A stretch of 64,000 nucleotides of DNA from Setoptus koraiensis (Eukaryota; Animalia; Arthropoda). Below the pieces are notes generated by a model that was not told the DNA's origin, ran no database searches, and worked only from the letters and a program-made list of their open reading frames with translations. The position numbers and the translations under genes are program-made. This document shows, piece by piece, positions 12,922 to 27,256 of this stretch; positions within the stretch are counted from its first letter, which is position 1; each line of letters opens with the position of its first letter. The stretch lies in contig CM106585.1 of NCBI GenBank assembly GCA_048013815.1, positions 16,182,001 through 16,246,000 of the forward strand, in the 5' to 3' direction.

Positions 12922-15900
12922 TCACATTTGACTGGAACGCATATAGCCACCGCCATTGCTGTTATTACCATTATTATTGCCGCTTCTAGATCCATAAATA
13001 GATAATGTTCTTAATTGATTACTATTGCCAGCAGCGTCTTGTTGTGCTCTATTATCTGATGACATGCCATTAACGATGCTAGCGTGGTTGATATCATCTT
13101 CATCACTGTCGGATTGAACGTAGCCTCGGTTTAAATTGCTGTTATTATTATTGTTGTTCATGTTATAGATGGCCTGCTGTTGCTGAGGTGTTTGCATCAT
13201 TATATTCTCGCCTGGCATCATTATTGATTTGCCCCGATCTAGAGTGGATCTATTCCTTCCGCCCCGCTTCACCATATTATTCCTTTGACCTAGAGTCTGC
13301 ATTCTACTTGTATCTTGGCTGTAAATATCGGCTCCTATCTCCGCTCTGAAGTTATGGCGTGCTAAAGCATTGACAGTTTGTCGATTTGGTCTACGTATAC
13401 CACCCAATATCGGTGTGCCTAAACCATTTTGGGTCTGACTTTGTAAATGCTGGATTTGAGTGAATCGTTTCTTGAATGCGACATCCAATGTTCCAATATG
13501 ACGAGGATTCTGGTGACGCCGCTGCAGATTGTAAATGATCTTGCGTTTACCTACTGCTCCTGTCACACCGTACCTGCTGTCGTCGCTCTTATCGTCTTCG
13601 TCGATACCTTTCAATTTTTGCAACTCCCTCGCAACCGCTATCATTTCGTTTCTGCTGATGAGATCGTCATCAGTTGAGTTCTTAGGTGTACACAGAGCTA
13701 TGTCGACTGAGGCCAATATGTGCGACAGGGTACCAAATCTGTGAAATATCATGCCCGCAAATTGTATGACTAGAATGAAAGCAAAGAAGAAAACAAATAC
13801 CAAACCAATTGGCTCCATCTCAAGTTTCTCTTCGAATACAGTGACTTCACCTGTATCAGGATTGATAGTTGTGTTGACTTTCGCCCCAAAGGGCCACTCT
13901 ACATGTATAATATCCTTGTGAAGTTGCATAAGGAAGACGGCCAAGATGAATAGGGAATTCAACATGAATATCGCAAATACCACGCGATTTCTCAATTCTT
14001 TCAATTCATTTGCAACCCTTCCTTGATGTTCTTTGTTAGAATCCAACGGATGCAAATATTTTTCAATAAGCTCTTTCCAAAATTTAGTCTCCTGCTCACT
14101 GAGAAACAGTTGCTCTCCATCCTTGAGATCTTTATCCTCAATCCAAAACGGATTGATCAATTCATCTCGTTCGACTCTATTCTGGAGTTGATGATCAGGG
14201 CTTTTGTTTAATTGCATTTGATCTGAATTTGAATCAAAATCATCATCCATACCATGATCCATTTCTAGCTCTTGACCCATATGCTGCTGGTTGTTACCGA
14301 ACATTCGATTTGATGTTCCTGGTCTGGCCTGTTGATCTCCAAGCGGTTGATATTTGATAGCCCTGGAGCGGCCGTGTTGATCGAATTGATGCGACATTCT
14401 ATTGTGAGGATCGGGTGGAAATAAATATTGCAGTTTACTATTGATTTGATTCAAAGACTCTTCAATGTGAATCAAATGTATCTGCTCCTTATTGGGTTTC
14501 GGGTAGGTGCACAGCATGCATTTGATGAGATTTGCAAAATTGAATGTTATGCTGCCTTCATCTTCGTCGGCGTCCTTCTTATTGAGCAACGCCAATAGAC
14601 CCCCTGATGATGTCTTTTTGGCTAGTTCTTCTTGCTTTCGTTCCTCCTCCAGTTCGGCTTTCGTTTTCTTGGTTTGAACCTCTCTTGTTCCCCAGGAAAC
14701 AACATTGAGATTAATCAAAGAGTATATCATCAATAACAAATACATAGAGGGTACGCATAATAGATATAAAACTATGGGATAGAAACAACTAAATTCTTGA
14801 GGGTGCGCCAATGCTGCAATGAAGAATGAGGCCAGAAGTGATAAGAAGAATATGTTTGTTGGCGATAGTACACTGTCCTCAATCATTTGAATAGCGGTAC
14901 CAACAAAGACGGCCATCATCAGTAATGCGTACACTGCCGACATTATTTGGGCGACTAAAATCTGAACTTCTGATTTGCAAGTAAAACAGATAATCACAAA
15001 TATAAGTAACGGTATTAAGTTGATAACAAACGAATCCCAATTCGATATATGAAACACAGCGTTCATCGCACCAACTAACATGAGGAATATTGTACCAGGT
15101 CCCAGGACCGTACCGAACATCAGCATAGCCTGGTAGATGATGTAGGGTAACGATATGCTGTCGTTGATGGCGACAGTTCTCTTGTAATCGCCAAGTAGAT
15201 CCATAATATTGGCCATGGTCGATGGTGCCCAGCGTCTGCGTTGCGTATAAAATTCACCGAAACCTTCTGGGCAATGAGTGTAAGCATCCGAAGCGGCACT
15301 ATACTCTACCCTGTAGCCTCTCTGAAGAAGTAACGTACACAACCAACGATCTTCGCCTTGATCGTATTGCACATAATGACTAGCCTCTTCTGATTTTTGA
15401 GTATACCTTCTCATGACATTATCGTCCATCAGGGCCTTCGCTCTAAATAACGAAAAACATCCTGGACTACACAAAACACATCCAAACATATGCTCGGTAG
15501 ATTTGTGGAGCCAATGACCAATGGCATACTCAAACTTCTGATACCATACCATTGGTCCGGATCCGACAGGATGAATTCTACCGCAAGCGGCACCAAGATT
15601 TCTATTTTTCTTCATTAGATCCACTAACAATTGTACTGCGTGAGGTCTGAAATTGATATCTCCATCTAGCGTGAGTATGTAGGTATTTTCCGCCATAACA
15701 GCTTTACGACTGACGTCTATCGGAAGCTCCATCAACCTGTGTCCAAGAAGATAGTACATATACATCACTTGAGACCACCTTTTACGATGTCTAATCTTGA
15801 GCTTATCCTTGAGATGAGCGACCAACTTATTTTGTCCAGGCATTATCCATTCTAATCTACCTCCGTACGGTGATGGATACTTTTTTGGCGGCCTCAATCT

Positions 15901-18370
15901 AATATCGCACTGATGAACATTACTGGCGGCTATGTTGATGGCCTCAACAAGTTGTTTGACAAATCTATTGACTTGCATTTGCTCATCATCGTCATCGCTC
16001 AATTCAAAGGCATCGTCGAAGAAAATGTGCACCTCGAACTCATAATAGTCTGGATCTATGATGGCCAGATATTTTTGTGCATTCCTGCGAGCACTTTGAT
16101 CCTCGTCCATTCTGAGAACAGATTTCAACATTTGTGTCATCTCTTCGACAGTCTCGTGCCACATAGTGGCGCAAGCATATATTCGTGTTATATGATCTGT
16201 TGATACGACAACAGCATTGGTGGTGCCTGTTCCGGTGCCATTTGTCAAGGTAGTGGTCTTAGAAGTTTGCCCGGCAGTAGCAGCTCCTTTGGCATCGCTA
16301 CTGTCCATATGCTCACTTATGGTTTCATAATGCTGAGATGGATCTTGGTTGTTATTGTTGTTTGCACTATTGAGATTCATAGTATTAGTGACACGATTGT
16401 CCAAATTCAGGTCCAAATTAACATCTTCCGATTTTATTTCGGTCTCCTCATCACGGCGTCTACTAAGTGCCAACGATTGATCGATTAGAGCACCACAGTA
16501 CATTGGATTGACAAATAATTTGTCCGTAGTGGCCAATCTCTCGCATCTAGGTGTCCATATATGGATTGTGATCCAAGCTTGACTGATGAGCCAAATGAGC
16601 CACATAAATGCATGTATATTTGTAAGTCCATACGTCAGTGTAGCGCTGGCCGGATCTCCGGGTAAACCGTTGACATTAGCTCCAACAAATGGGATTTTAT
16701 GACACGTCCAAAAGATGTAACGTGGTAGATTGTATTGATTTGAGTTGCATCTATCGTCAAAATTTATACCACAGGCCGCTATCAGTAGAGACAGCGTGAC
16801 AGGAACTGTTAATAGAAGAGGGAAGGCGAAACTGAATCTTTGTATACAGATTCGACATGCAAATTTGCCAAATATGTAACACAACCAAGCGGATATGATC
16901 TGCATGCAAATCATATATATGATGGTGTTTGGTGAGCTTGTGAGATAAATTGGATCGTCATCTATTCCAGCCATCATGGAGTTTGCTGCTGTGGCACCAG
17001 CTGCCGCAGAACCTGGCACTGACGATGTGGACGCTACCGACAGGGGTTGGGGCATAGGTAAAGCTGACGATTGAGTCGAGCCAGAACCAAACGATGATGG
17101 TATGGGTGAGTTAGGCGCAAACGATTGTTGATTCAAATCAAGTTTTACTTTCGTCACTAGTATCGAATGTGGACTAAATGAATGTTTGAAGTGTGAGAAA
17201 ATTGGTTTCACTTGGCCGTCTATTAAATATCTTGTGGCTATCATTGTCAATAGAATCAGTGTTATCTTCCAAACGGATACAAATATATAAGTGAAATACC
17301 TTGCCCTATTGAGCTGCTGTTTCATATTAGACAGTCCTCTGATCAAGAAACATGGCGAGTTGGAGTTGACGTAATTCTCCCACCAACCAAATGAGGCCAA
17401 AAATATTGAAAGTGGCATGAGTATTGTTTCAAGGAAATGTTGATTTTGTATTTTAGCACTAGCAAACGGATTATGAGTGTCTTGATAATGTTTCCATGGC
17501 CAAATAACTAGAGCGGATACCTGTGCCAGCAGAGCTAATACGTCGGCTACTGTTTTGAGGCCACGTTGACGATAATCGGTTTGTTTGTTTCGTGATAGGA
17601 TACCAAATAGGCCTGGTACGGAACAGATACAGCTAGTGAACATAGCACCACGGACGACATCTAACGATGGCAGTACGACATAAATAATTATAACCACTCC
17701 AATTGTGTGTAAAGTTTCAAAAAATATCACAGTTAAAAAGGTTGTTTTTGACGGGCGCCTAAACGATTTAAATATACACATACGGGCTGATCTGAAGAAT
17801 GTGAATATCTCTGGAACAATTAAAACAAAGAACAGACCCCAAATCCAGGCAACTCTCTCTGGGTCATCCAAATTGAATTGTGTCTGGTAATGTTTGTCAC
17901 GTTCCAAGCCGGGTATGCCTTGATTGCAAATAGTGACAACTTTCCTTGGCTTAATCATGCTGGTCATCAGCAACACTATTGACTTGGACAATGTGGCACT
18001 GGCTAACACAACGCTGAATGTGATGATATAAGCGAGCGCCTTAATGAGCCTGAGAATGATCTCTATGGACTCGGAGGCCTTGGTCTCGTCCTCATCCTGG
18101 TTTGGGGTTACAAGGAACACGTCCCAGGCCTTCGACTGGGGGTCGCAGTTTGGCTGAATGATGCTCCTGTTGATGAAATGGAAAGAATTGTGAGGTTCGT
18201 TCATAAGCGGATGTGTACGCGGATCGTCATGCCGGTAAACTAAATAGTGTGAGACCAATGACTTACCTGCTGTATCCGTCCTCTCGCTGCGACTGGTTGC
18301 CGCTGTTTGAGTTGTTGGTTGCGGTGGTATTTCTGAAATTGTTCTGGCCCTGCTGATCTTGCTGACTCAT
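12922..18370 (-). CDS. CHS1: Chitin synthase (arthropod CHS1 type); predicted exons 18370-18267 and 18166-12922, ~1782 aa
   Basis: Motifs [28 protein letters not shown] and SWGTRE, plus multiple TM helices. The ORF-track start (TTG 18258) lies inside an intron: donor AG|GTAAGT at 18266, acceptor TTCCATTTCATCAACAG at 18167, phases compatible (2). This joins [10 protein letters not shown]...EDGYS-R to [17 protein letters not shown]. Confidence 0.95.
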
Positions 18371-21300
18371 GAGTTCATTGTGGTCGTGCTGGAGCAAGTT
18401 GGCTCCGCTCATATTGAGGTCGCTCGTGGATGACTTTTAAGTTAGTTGACACAAGTGTATTAGTGGTGAATTTATATATTCGCGCTACTATAACAATTTC
18501 CGGCAAAATTTCTATTCCAGCCAGATATTGATATTGATTTTGGTCGCCTCTCCCTTCCGAAAGAACTGACACTGGATTGGTCAGTTTGTTGGCACTGGGC
18601 CAATTGTTGTGCCGACTACAGTTGATTTGTGAATTCTATTGATGATCTGAATTTTCCATCATTGATTACATAAGTAGTTGCTGTAGGTGAATGTGGAAGT
18701 TTCATTGGAAGTTCTCGTCGATAAACACAACAATAACATCTCCATATTAACGAGACCCGCTCGGCGACACTATTAACATTTGAGACAATTCTTGTTTCTT
18801 TCTTTCTTCATGGCTCGAGATTTGATGATATCAATTAACGATGCATAGTTATTCATTCGGTCGGTATATTTTGGTGTGTATTATTATTTGGTAAATTATT
18901 GCATTAATTCCACTGTAATCTTGACATTTAATTTTAACTATTAACCCTAACTGTGAATTTTAACTAGTGATTTAATATAGACTCATAAATATATTTTATC
19001 TATTGAATCGCTCAATTAATTGATGCACTCGATCACTGGATTGTCGCCACTGTGTTAACGTTGTTATTCAAATTAGTAATGATTAATAACGATAATGTCC
19101 GATGAGCAATAATAGTTATTGTCGTCGAGTGAATAATCGTCGAACTTTTTGCTGTTAGGCTAAACTTGGTGGATGCCTTTCGCTTGAGGAGGAGACATTT
19201 AGTTCGCTACAAAGTTGCCGACTCGGCTCAACTTGTTAGCATGATCGAACTATAACGCAGCGTTATGTTGATGCTGCTGCTGCTGATGCTCATGCTCATG
19301 ATGATCCATATAAAGGCGATCGAATTTTTGCGCTTTGCTATCCGCCACTCACACAGTTACGTTCGAAATGTGTGTGTGTGTGTGTGCAAATGTGTCTGTC
19401 TGTCTGTTTGTTTGTGTACAAGTCCAACCAACATGATGCGTCCGTCTGTCTGTACGTCTGTCCGCGTCTTGTGTGTGTGTATGCTCGTCTGTATTGAGCC
19501 GCTGAATCGATCAACATGAGCGCTGCATTTCAATAGAAAATTCGTTGGTTCATTTAATTCGAATTTTCAATTCTTTCTCTGTCTCTCTCCCTCTCGTCCC
19601 CTATATGTTATCCCTATCCTATATATATTGCCTCCCTATTATACATTTATGTACGTTTACACTTGCACTGTTGTGGCTGTCGCTGACTGTTGCTGTTGTT
19701 ACCGTTGCTGATGCCGCTGCTGCTACAGCTAAAACTTGAAGGCAGCCGATAGCAACACAAGTGGGTTACCAAAGTGTCCATCATTGGCATGGCAGTGTTT
19801 CGAAGGAATTGAAAATTGAACGAACTAAACCAACTAACACAATGACGAATACGACGGCCACGACGACGCGACCTACATTTCGCGAGCTTGAGATGCGGCA
19901 ACGCCAACAGCGGCGGCTGCGGCCGCGGCCTCATTGCAGCGAAATGATAGTGAATTGTGACTTGCAACTGCCAACAGCATCAGCATCTCATCAAAGCATT
20001 AACCTGTATTCCTACCTGCTTGCCTGTCTATGTTGTGAGTTTTTTTCTTCTCTACCAACCTGTTCAAGCAAGTTAAAAAGTTAAGATAGACGAGCGTCTC
20101 TTTTCTTTCCTCTCTCTATCTCCCTCCCTCCCGCTCTCTCTCTTTCTCTCGCTTTATCTAGATGCACATAACAAGCTATTGCATAGGTGTACACTTTAAA
20201 CGGTCAAGCCGAAATAACGAAGCCAAGGAGGAACGGCCAACGGAAAGAAGCCATTAACTGTGAGCGAAAAGAACGGTCTCAGTGTGAGTCGAGTATAGTT
20301 GCCAGTCTAGTTGTTGTTCTCTCGGCACTGCTCATACATGTACAAGTTTCGGTGCATTGGTACATTCAAAGAAGTTAACGGCGATGAGCAACAAGTCGTC
20401 TAAGAATGTCTCACACAGAGCCTGGCCAAGCACACACATAGGTCTCAGTCGTCGTGTTTCATTGCGTGGCGCCACAACATGAGCTTCGAGCAAAATATGC
20501 TGTTGTACCGGTTGTGGCTGTATTCTCTGACGCAACAAACTGCTCACCTGTTGCGTTAGCTTGTGCCTGAAGATGCTCGCTCTTCGCAACGATATCTGGT
20601 GTACTCTCTCTCTCTCTCTCTCTCCCTCTATGAGCGTATAACTGTGAATGTGTTTGTTTAGGGGAATGTGGCCCTAGGCCACCTAGGCTCACACACGTTG
20701 AGTCCTATGTCTGAATTTATCCATTTCTTCTTATATGACTCCAATCTTTCTATTCTCCTCTTGGCAAATGAATTATAAGCCCGTTCTGTCCAATATAAAA
20801 TATTCTCACACACACTCACTATCTCATAGGCTTTAGATGATACACACGCAAGCGCACTTGTCGTAAATAACTGCACACACCTTGTAGAATATGATGTAAT
20901 CACTGAGTGATTCCTTATGAGGTGTGCTGTACAGCATATACAGCCCATCCAGTCGACCAAGAGAAAACTTTATCCAGCAATGATTATTTGTCTCGATAGC
21001 TATCCTACTCTCTCATACGATTATGGTAACCATATATACGTTGATTATGATCATCGTTTTATCGAAGTAGATCCATCATGATATGATGATGGCACATGAT
21101 GGCTATCATCGCAACCATCAACATTATCGACGGCGTGATACTTTACAGTTATCATGATACTTGCAATAACAACTGATACGGAATAAGAATGATAACTCCG
21201 TACTATAGCGTAGGTTTACATCACACACAGCAATAGTGTTGTTATACGCAATTGTGGATACATACAACAGTTTTCAACAGGTCTAAACTCATCAAATATG

Positions 21301-23930
21301 CATACTTTGTAGTAGGTGGAATACTGGCGTAGGCCATGCAATTTATATATATTTATATAACAAACGATGCAAATGATTATAGAATAAACGCACACACACA
21401 CACACAAGCACAATAGTGTTGCATCAATTACGCAACTAATGCCGGTGCATGAAATTGTTCTTTGGTGTTCACTTGCTAATTACACCGATCAACTACCTGA
21501 GGCACTTGTGTGTGCTGGCATTAACGCATGTTGATTCGTATTTGTTCGCGTGCGGTCATTTTTCTGCCAATGATTCTTTGTGTGGTCTTCTTCTCGTTTA
21601 TATACCATAATTAGCTCTCTAGCTATCATCGCTTTCTGGCCAATTTCGTCGACTGAGACCGGACAGCAAAGACCAGCGGCAAGTAGAGTAAATATTTTGA
21701 TACATTATGTCTTCAAGGTCTACTTTAGAAGCATCCACTTTTGCGTTAGAAGTTTATGGCTATCTGTTGCTGGTCATAATAATGGCCATTTATCAAACTT
21801 ATCCTTGTGCAACAGTAGCGCCCTAAGAAAATACATGCATCATTATTGTTGCAATGTGAATGCGGTGATGAAACCATAAGAAGAATATTATTATTATTGA
21901 GCGTCCTATTTACAACAATAATAAATAATGATGCGAACAATAAACAGTGGACAACGCTTCGTACCCAAGATTGATTACCTGTTGAGAAATTGCACATTGC
22001 CAAAACAAGATTTATATTCACTCAAAGAGCGACTAGCACGAGCCTGTCTGAAAGCGAGCTGGCCCGCCGGTCGGCCGGCTATAGAAATTTTCTTCTTCTT
22101 ATTTTTTCGCTACTACATGTTGCAAAGAAACTTGGTCATGGCGGAGAGACAAATTAGATTTACCTCATTTAATTTCACGCAGCAACTGTGCATACAAGAT
22201 TGCCAGAATAAGCAGCGATGGAAATAAATCAAATCTAGTCATGTCTGTATCATATTAACATGAAACAGTTATGAGCCACCGCTGTTTCTGTGGCCACGGC
22301 TGCTGTTGCCTGGTGTGTATAAATTGCTTCGATATCCTCATATTAGCCGCTTTTTGAGCACCACGTTCACTACATTCATCTACACACATACAAATTAATT
22401 TTGGCTTCGTTTCTCCGCTTCTTTACCTTGGCAGTGTTCCTTGCCACTGTAGTACTACATGTATACATTAGCCTGCACTGAGGGTACCGCATGATCACGA
22501 AGCGGCAATGGTTTTGCCAAGCGAAGCCTTCTTACGCTTATTAGTTAATATGTGAGTAGTAAAATTATTTACAACTAGTGTAGCAACTTCAATCAGTCCA
22601 TTCATCCAATCTCGAGCACTCAGTTAATCGCAAAATGTGTAGCACAAAAGTAAAGCTAACTGTCCTAACTACATTGGAAGATAATCTCGGTGCAGAAGTC
22701 GTAATCTGTCCAATTAGTTTGGAAGCAAGCAAGTGTGTGCAATGAGCTTCTTTCTTTTTTTGCTCCTCGTATAGTAAATATGATGATGATGATGATAATA
22801 ATGTAATAACCCGGCGCTCCTTGCGCCAACAGCACACACATTCGCTCGCATATAGGAGCCGGCAAATAACAATAAAGAACAATAGTAATAATGACCAAAA
22901 TTAACGTTATAATAGTAGTGGTAGTAGCGGCAAAAGTACGTAGACAGGTGCAGCAATCGGCTCAATATTTTAGTTCGGCATCATCAACAATGTTGTATAT
23001 ATATATATATATATATATATGTAGGCTCATGCGAGTGGAGAGATGGCGCAAGCCATCAATATATAGTTATCAGCATTTGCGTGAAAAGGGTTTAACCTGT
23101 TTTGTGCCTATTGTTTATTCCTGCGAGCCGGCAGAAGGAGAATCAATTTTTTCGCATCTAGCTTCTTCCCTCTCTCTCCCTCACTGCCTGATCTGACTCT
23201 AGATAAGTCACTCGATTGGTTCGGTGTGGATGGATGGGCAACTGCGCTCGGCAACAATTGACCATGTTATTAATCCTAGTTGGCTTGTCAAAATCACAAA
23301 GCAAAAAGAGATTAAACGATTGCAAACAGGTTGCTCCTACTAAAAGTGTGTGTTTGGTTTATTGATTCATAAATTTGTGCTGAATATCTACCTAATACCT
23401 AGTTTACAAGCTCGGCTAGCCTGTCTTGTAAACTCAAACTGTTACCGAGCTCGCTAATTAGCAACACAAGGTCTTGAAAATAGCGCCGAAACATTTGCCC
23501 CCGCCATGTTCATGCGCTCATAATCGCTCATCACCGCATACATTCCCATGAGCAAAAACATCTATGCTTAAATCCGAGCGAGGGCGGCGCTTGTAGTAAC
23601 ATTTATTATGCAACTCATAGCTACCGCTTGTAAATAGTTACATGTGTGTATTCACTTACGGCCTATGAGCGCGATAAACTTTCGCTATTCACATCCACTT
23701 GCGGATATATTCATACACCGCATATGAATACCAGTATTCTCATTCACACGTGCTTCGGATATCATATGATCTGGCGTCCATTTTATTGCCGGCTCCCTCA
23801 ACAAACCATCGCATCATCTGCAACGAGATTCAATAGGATTATTGGTTTCTGTCTACCGTACAAATCGTACGTGTATATTAACTCAAATACACCACCTTCA
23901 CGAGTGAATGCTCTTAAACGATGATAGAGG

Positions 23931-24854
23931 ATGAACAAATTAGATACCAAGTTGACCAAATTACGATTGACCATCGATCAACTTGAGGAAACACTTGCAA
24001 ATTCAGACTACTATAAATATTCATTCTTGTCAGCACTCAAAGAATGCACTAGGACATTAGAAGAACAACAAAGACAAATATCCAAGATCGTCTGTTATGG
24101 ACTCGGAAATATCAGCTATCCAACCCATTCAAGTCCCAGGTATCAACTCGCTTTGTTGCGACTTTTATGCAAACAACTGGACGCCTTCATTATCGACAAA
24201 ACTATTCTCATCTTTGATCCAGCTTTTGTTCAAGAAGATATAAAACTTTTAGAAAGCTATGATGAACCGAAATTTCTACTCATTCCCGATAATGAACACT
24301 GTGCCAGAGAAGTTGATATCCACGAAGAGGCAGGAGACAGTTGTACGCTCTTTTACATGCCACATTTGTATAAATACTTGTATAATAACCTTTTAGGTGC
24401 AAACTGGTCGGCGGAGAAACTCGGTCGTTTGATCGTCTTCGGTAATAGCTTCAGATCCATGGTCGACAACGAAGTCGATAGGAAGGATATACCTAAAATT
24501 AGATTTTTAGATTACTTGGTAAATGGCTTTTCAAATCAGAAAGGCAGGCCTTCATCTGGCAAGAGAAAGAACAAACACGTGACGAAGAGAAGGAAAGACA
24601 AATTGAGCCAGCACGATCGTGTTAATAGCCTGTTCCTTGAGTCGCCCGTCGATGATTGTGGGTTTCCTAACTGTGGTTTTAATGACCTATCATTCAATTG
24701 GATTGAATGGCAGGCTCTCAAAGAGCTTCCAGCGTCATTATTTGTTGAGACTTCGTATTCAGGATGGCTCATTCAAAGTAATTATGATGATTCATCTGAT
24801 ACTTCAGATGAATCATCATTCAAAATGTTAACAAAATATTCATATGTTGATTAA
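23931..24854 (+). CDS. SRRD: SRR1-like protein (SRR1 domain), single exon, 307 aa
   Basis: SRR1 family motifs IVCYGLGN, RYQLALL, IFDPAF, TLFYMPH, LYNNLLGANW and LIVFGNSF. Confidence 0.9.
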   Translation: MNKLDTKLTKLRLTIDQLEETLANSDYYKYSFLSALKECTRTLEEQQRQISKIVCYGLGNISYPTHSSPRYQLALLRLLCKQLDAFIIDKTILIFDPAFVQEDIKLLESYDEPKFLLIPDNEHCAREVDIHEEAGDSCTLFYMPHLYKYLYNNLLGANWSAEKLGRLIVFGNSFRSMVDNEVDRKDIPKIRFLDYLVNGFSNQKGRPSSGKRKNKHVTKRRKDKLSQHDRVNSLFLESPVDDCGFPNCGFNDLSFNWIEWQALKELPASLFVETSYSGWLIQSNYDDSSDTSDESSFKMLTKYSYVD

Positions 24855-24882
24855 TTAAATAGATGTACTGTTTTATATATTT

Positions 24883-25826
24883 TTATCTATCAGAGCAAAT
24901 GGATAGTTTACTCAAATTAACAAAACTCTCTTCTACGGTCTTGGTGAGCTCCACTATTGACAGATCTTGTTGAATGGCGGGTAGGCTAAGTTGATTGTCG
25001 AATGATGTTCGACAATTATGAATCCAGCCAATTTCAGAAGATATGTATCCCTCGAGTGATGGCTGAAACATGCTAACAGATCCAGACAAAAAATGTGACA
25101 GCTCCTTGGTGAGTGCTTCAGTCCTACGGTTATAGTCAGCTTGACTAGAATTAAAGGCTTGCCTGCTCTCCTCTAGCTTTACCAGATTTGTACCAGTTTT
25201 CTCCCTTTCACTATAGTAAATAACTTTTTTCTGGATTCTCAACATATCAGAGTGGACGCTCTCCCTAGTTTTAATAGCATTTCTCATGTCACCAAACGCT
25301 TGTCGCATTTGTTTTAGCGGGTTCAAGAGAACCTTTTGTAGAGCAACCACATAATCCTCCCCAGCAGCATTTGAATCGCAAGCAAAAGAATGCCATTTCT
25401 CTAGAATATTTCTCAAATTTTGGTCGTCTGTAAATTGGTTTGAGCTTGATAGGTCATTTGTGATTTTTAATTCCACTTTGTTCATACAAAGCAAATGATC
25501 TGGTATTTTCTTTGCGGACGTATAGAGAATTTTAGCGCACGCTTCGGCTCTATCAAATTCAGCTATAAGTTTCTCAAGGCTTTCGGCGGCATTCTGGGAC
25601 GTCTGATCTGAGTCTTGGCGAGCCAGCCTCGAGGGTCTTCTCAGAGGATTCCTGGAGTGAATCAATCATGAAGATTAGAATATTGATTAAAATATTAATT
25701 AAAATTCGCTTACTGGTGAGAGTTAGAAACGCAATTTTTGTGAGTTGTTGTGGGTCTCAGAATCCAATGCAGAAAATAGTAGAAAATATATTACAGTCTA
25801 CTTCAGATGTACACTCACCAGCTCAT
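24883..25826 (-). CDS. BIN3: Bridging integrator 3 (N-BAR-only protein); exons 25826-25819 and 25651-24883
   Basis: Helical BAR sequence with BIN3 hallmarks (LNPLKQ, EREKTGTNLVKL, FQPSLE, terminal LSI). The track start (TTG 25665) directly follows a stop. An 8-nt coding exon ATGAGCTG|GTGAGT splices to TCACTCCAG|G across a 167-nt intron and restores the BIN3-type N-terminus MSWNPLRR. Confidence 0.88.
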
Positions 25827-27256
25827 AATAATTCTTTGTGGTAAATCGGACTCTAATTTGAATAAATGGCCTCACAGTTCGTAGATAGTTCGCCCATGCT
25901 CCATTCGTTGGATTACATTAATACCTCTATTGTTCTAGTTCTAGTGAATTGCCTTGTACTGAAACATTGTCTCTCACTTGTTGATCATTGACAAAATGTT
26001 ACTTTTATAATAGTGTAATAAGGTAACTCTTGCACACAACAATGTTGACTGTTGAATCAGATGATGCAAAATGTTACACTGTAGAAAAGTATGCCCATCG
26101 GTATACCCAGAATACCTCCACTCATAATACATCTGTCTAATATTACCATATGTGAGCTCTCTCTAACATGCCCACATGTGCATTTGCCCAACCTCCACAT
26201 TGCCAACACGCATCAATCAGTCGATTTTCCGACAATCATTCCGGCCTCGGTATCATTCTTCTCGGCGCGATATCATCTTACCAGGTGTACAGGCCTTCCA
26301 ACCTGCGTCAAGTTATTGAATAACTGTGATGCAAAGAGAGTCGACACCAGCATGATGCCGTTTCTCGATGGTCCCACTCATAACGTGCATCTGATAGATG
26401 AGAAGATATCTACAAGTAGAAACTACCTGCATTTTCAGTAAAGTCTCACTAGGATTCGAAAATTGCGGTGTGACACTACCGATTCTATCGCTCTATAGTT
26501 TTTGGTTTGTATTATTTTATCGCCTTGACCTATATAGTTAGATGTTAGAGCCCTAAAAGGAGCGCCTCCCTTTCAATTAGTGATCCAGTCCTCCTTGCAT
26601 GCATTTGTTGACTGTTATTATTGGCTGATCTACATCTGTATATTATGACTTATTCGCAGAGGGAATAGCCCGTATCCACTACATAAGAACAGTAACACAA
26701 CGAAGGCCGTCAACAAAATGTAAGCTCGCCATCGCTCGCGCAACTTGTATAGTGTATGAACTCGTCATATCTCATCGACGCTGAAGCGGTATATACCCGC
26801 TAGGGGCGCTTCCTACGCTTGAGAATGCACAACTTGCTCTGAAGTGTTTCGTTGAATGATGCACTTTTGCGACTACAATCGTTAACTTGCAGCTAGCCAT
26901 TCCAGCAACGCCAATTGAACCTTCATATATCTACTTGAGGAAAGCATCACAACGCCGCCCTTGCGGAATTATTTCGAATTTATGTTTTACAGACCCTTAA
27001 AAGCAGCCACACAGTAGATTTAACTTTGGCAAGAGACTGTAAATAGCACAAACAAAGGCACGAGTGGTTATGACTAGTTTCTTTCTTTGTTTATTTGATA
27101 TTAGTTTTTGTGGTTGTTCGTTTCGTAAGCTGTTTTTTTAATACTTGATTGTTTTTGCAATACTAATCTTGTGTAATAGTATCCTGTTACCACAGAGAAT
27201 ATTATGTAAACATGGAGATTGCTCCATAGAGAATATAAATTATGCAAACAAGCATA

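Noticed and set aside
6503-17890. Short ORFs antisense to Pins and chitin synthase (similar ones lie opposite megalin, the RGS, SR-B and the IQ gene)
   Set aside because: Shadow frames of real coding sequence, with no independent motifs.
18167-18266. ORF-track N-terminus [10 protein letters not shown]... of chitin synthase
   Set aside because: It starts at TTG just inside a GTAAGT donor and is better explained as a stop-free 100-nt intron.
26091-26441. 116-aa ATG ORF between BIN3 and REEP
   Set aside because: No motif or family resemblance on either strand. It sits where the BIN3 promoter and REEP 3' flank are expected.
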